Source: Candidatus Sulfomarinibacteraceae bacterium (GTDB lineage Bacteria; Acidobacteriota; Thermoanaerobaculia; Thermoanaerobaculales; Sulfomarinibacteraceae). Taken from it: DNA of 64,000 nt. Of the stretch, positions 61,013 through 64,000 are shown in pieces. The notes under the pieces are model-generated. The model worked only from the letters and a program-made list of their open reading frames with translations, did not search any database and was not told where the DNA came from. Position 1 is the stretch's first letter. Every line of letters starts with the position of its first letter. The stretch lies in contig CAWCLO010000010.1 of NCBI GenBank assembly GCA_963796455.1, positions 416,001 to 480,000 on the forward strand. The letters are read 5' to 3'. The position numbers and the translations under genes were made by a program.

Positions 61013-62275
61013 ATGATCAAAAAGATTTCTCAGCGCGAAATCCTGTTGGTGCTCATCGCCGCGGTTGGCAATCCTCGTCGTCGGCGTGGCGGCCATCGTC
61101 TTCGACACCGCACCGGAGTGGAAGTACTACCAGTCGGAGTTTGGCGCGATCATCACCGAGACCTTCGCTGACGTCGACCCGGCGACCCTGCCGTCAGGTG
61201 TCCAACAGATCTGGATCGAAAAGCTCGACCGCGTCGACCGCTGCACCACCTGTCATCTGGGGGTCGGGTGGCAAGGGTCTCGAGGAAGTCGAACAGCCCT
61301 GGACGACCCACCCGATGCCCGAGATCTTCGACAACCACCCGATCGAGGACTTCGGCTGCACCGTGTGTCACGGCGGCCAGGGCTTCGCGCTCTCAGAATA
61401 CGACGCCCATGGTTTTGTCGAAGCACTGGGAGGAGCCGCTCCTTTCGGACATCGCCGGCTCCGAATACGACCCGCAGGAACCCGCCGCCGCTGTACGAGA
61501 TCCAGTGCAATTTCTGCCACCGTTACGAGCGGTCGACCGAGGGCATGCCCTACATCAACAAGGCCAAGGGTTTCGTGCGAACCAAAGGCTGCAAGATCTG
61601 CCATGTGATCAACGGCTGACGGCGGCATAGCTGGGACCCGGATCTGACACGCGTGGGCGATAAGCACGCCGAGGGCTTCGATTTCTCGAATCTGGTCTCC
61701 GAACAGATGACGGTCTTCAACTGGCACATCAAACACTTCCAGTCGCCACCGACCATCGTGCCCGGACTCGATCATGCCCGAGATGAATTTCCAGTCGCAG
61801 CGAAGCACAGGCCCTCGCCATGTTGGTCATGAGCTGGCGCGACGACGAGGACCTGCCCCGGGCCTATCTTGCCGGGGTGGACCTCAAGGACGAGATGACG
61901 CCGGAGGAGGTCGAAAGGGATCTTCGAATGCGCGAAGGTGACGGAGCCTTTTTTGTCGAGCACAACTGCTTTGTGTGCCACAGCGTCAAGGCCTACGACA
62001 TCAAATCGCCGACCGACAAGGGACCCGATCTGTCGCTGGCGCCGGACGACGTCCGGGCGCGATTGAACAAGACGGTCGAGGAGTTCCTCTTCGAACCGAC
62101 CGGCACCATGAAGATCATTCTCGAAAGCCAGATCGTTCTATCCGACGAAGAAAAGTGGCAGGCCGTCGAAAAGATCATGAAGGCTTACGACATCGTCAAA
62201 AACCGAGCTGCGGAGGCCGAAGCCGCAGCGAGCGACGGTCGTAGATCCGTACAACAAGGAGGAGGCAGCAGATGA
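61013..62275 (+). CDS. Membrane-anchored pentaheme cytochrome c (multiple indels)
   Basis: CTTCH, CTVCH, CNFCH, CKICH and CFVCH motifs; GPDL motifs; N-terminal TM. Confidence 0.8.
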
Positions 62276-64000
62276 ACAGGAAGACTATCTTTCGATTGAC
62301 GCTCGCGTTGCTCGTCATCGGGCTCTTCGTCGGGCTTGCAGCATGCGGTAAAAAGCCGCCCAGCGGCGTGGCGCACGCGCCGGTGGTGGTGGAACATCAG
62401 ATCTGGCGAGCGCGGCATTGGCAACCTATGTGGCACCCGGGCGATCTCGACGAGTACTACCTCTTTTACTCGGGCGGGCACAGTGGGCAGATCTTTGTCG
62501 TCCGGCATCCCTTCGATGCGCCACATCGCGACCATCCCGGTCTTCACACCCTACCCGGGCACAGGGTTATGGATTTGACGATGAGTCCAAGGAAATGCTC
62601 GGTGACTACACGTGGGGCGATTCCCACCATCCGGGCTTCTCGGAGACCGACGGCGAATATGACGGACGCTGGCTCTTTATCAACGACAACGCCAAGGGCC
62701 GTATCGCCCGGATCGATCTGAAAGGACTTCAAAACCAAACAGATCATGAGCATTCCGAACATCTCGGCCAACCACGGCAGTTCCTTTGTCACCCAGAACT
62801 CGGAGTACGTGACGATGGCGACCCGGATGTCGGTGCCGTTCCCGGAGGGGACCTATGCCGATATCACCGAGTACGCGACCAAGTACAAGGGGATCGTCGC
62901 CGGGCATCAAGATCGATCCCGAACGACGGCAACCTGACCCTGGGTTGGGAGGTCCTGGTCCCGCCCTTCAACTACGACCTCGGGGATGCCGGAAAGGGCC
63001 CCTCGGACGGATTCCTCTTCTGGACCTGCTACAACTCCGAACGTGAGTTCATCGAGGGCGGAAAACTGAGGTGACCGCGTCCCAGAAGGACAAGGACTAC
63101 ATCCTGATGGTGGACTACCGCGAGGCCGACAAAGCCATCGCCGCCGGCAGTTTCAAAACCGTCAAGGGCGCACCGGTGATCTTCCCGAGAAGAGACCTCG
63201 GGCGTGGCCTACTTCATCCCCCTCGCCAAATCGCCCCACGGCGTCGACGTCTCTCCGAGCGGTCGCTGGATCATCGGTTCGGGCAAACTGTCACCCACGA
63301 CCACGGTCTACGACATGGAAAAGATCAAGACCGCAATCGCCAACAAGGACTTCGAGGAGACCATCGACGGGATCCCGGTGCTCAACTACAACTCGGTGCG
63401 CGAGGCAGAGATCCCGGTCGGGCTCGGACCACTCCACACTCAGTTCGACGACAAGGGCTTTGCCTACACCTCCTCTTTGTCGAAAGCGCAGTCGCCAAAT
63501 GGAAGCTGCCGCCCTATGAGGCCGGAGCCGACATGAACCAGTACGTGGTCGACAAGCTGCCGGTGGCCTACAACATCGGCCATCTGGTTTCCGCCGAGGG
63601 CGACTCGATGAACCCCGATGGTAACTACTCGTGGCTCTCAACAAGCTCTCCAAAGGACGCCACCTTTCGGTCGGTCCGTCGATTCCGGAGTCCGCCCAGT
63701 TGATCGACATCTCGGGTGACAAGATGAAGTTGCTCTATGACGCCTTCACCGAACCCGAACCGCACTACGCGGTGATCATCAAGGCCGACAAGCTCGATCC
63801 CGATCGAGGTCTATAAAAAGGACGACCCCGAGTGGCCGTCCATACCCGATCGCGATCTGGGCCGCCGACGACGCCAGGATCGAACGCCGCGGCAACACGG
63901 TCGAAGTGTGGATGCTGGCGGTGCGGTCCTTCTTCGCGCCTGATGTCATTCGGGTCAACCGCGGTGACAATGTGATCATCCACGTGACCAATATCGAGCA
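62272..64000 (+). CDS. nosZ: Nitrous-oxide reductase, clade II (Sec/lipoprotein type); 3' partial, multiple indels
   Basis: DEYYLFYSGGHSGQ, GIPSMRH, WGDSHHP, YDGRWLFIND, NHG, SPHGVDVSP, GLGPLHTQFD, EPH; start of the CuA domain (IHVTNIE); signal ends LAAC. Confidence 0.93.

Noticed and set aside
61610..61625. TGA after CKICHVING as selenocysteine
   Set aside because: The protein continues sensibly (DGG..GPDL) in a shifted frame within an indel-rich region; no SECIS-like support seen

Overview
GC-rich bacterial chromosomal window. Gene content and order suggest Acidobacteriota, possibly Thermoanaerobaculia-like; this is an inference, not a database result. Positions 1-51 kb are mostly core housekeeping genes: hutI, ymdB-rny-6S RNA-zapA, pheST-rplT-rpmI-thrS (with no infC), two tRNA-Val, aspS-hisS, tsaC-recN, coaE, folD, ubiE/menG, truA-uppS-cdsA-dxr-rseP-PASTA-rpe-bamD, tadA, two tRNA-Ser, SRP RNA, selB, comEA and a pilin, ubiX-ubiA, serS and glnA. 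Intergenic spaces hold short-tandem-repeat cassettes and two complementary, inverted relics of a four-helix-bundle gene. From 51 kb there is a sigma54-type operon (kinase-like/CBS protein, DASS permease, beta-carbonic anhydrase) and a PHP protein. The most notable locus follows: a divergent Rrf2 regulator with an FNR-type box, then an operon encoding an NfnB/GltD-like Fe-S flavoprotein, a Tat Rieske protein, a fused cytochrome b (PWY in place of PEWY), a pentaheme cytochrome c and a lipoprotein clade II NosZ. This is a candidate dedicated, possibly NAD(P)-coupled, Rieske/cytb complex for N2O respiration. Beyond about 56.3 kb the sequence is dense with single-base indels, most likely sequencing errors, so those genes were reconstructed by eye across frames.
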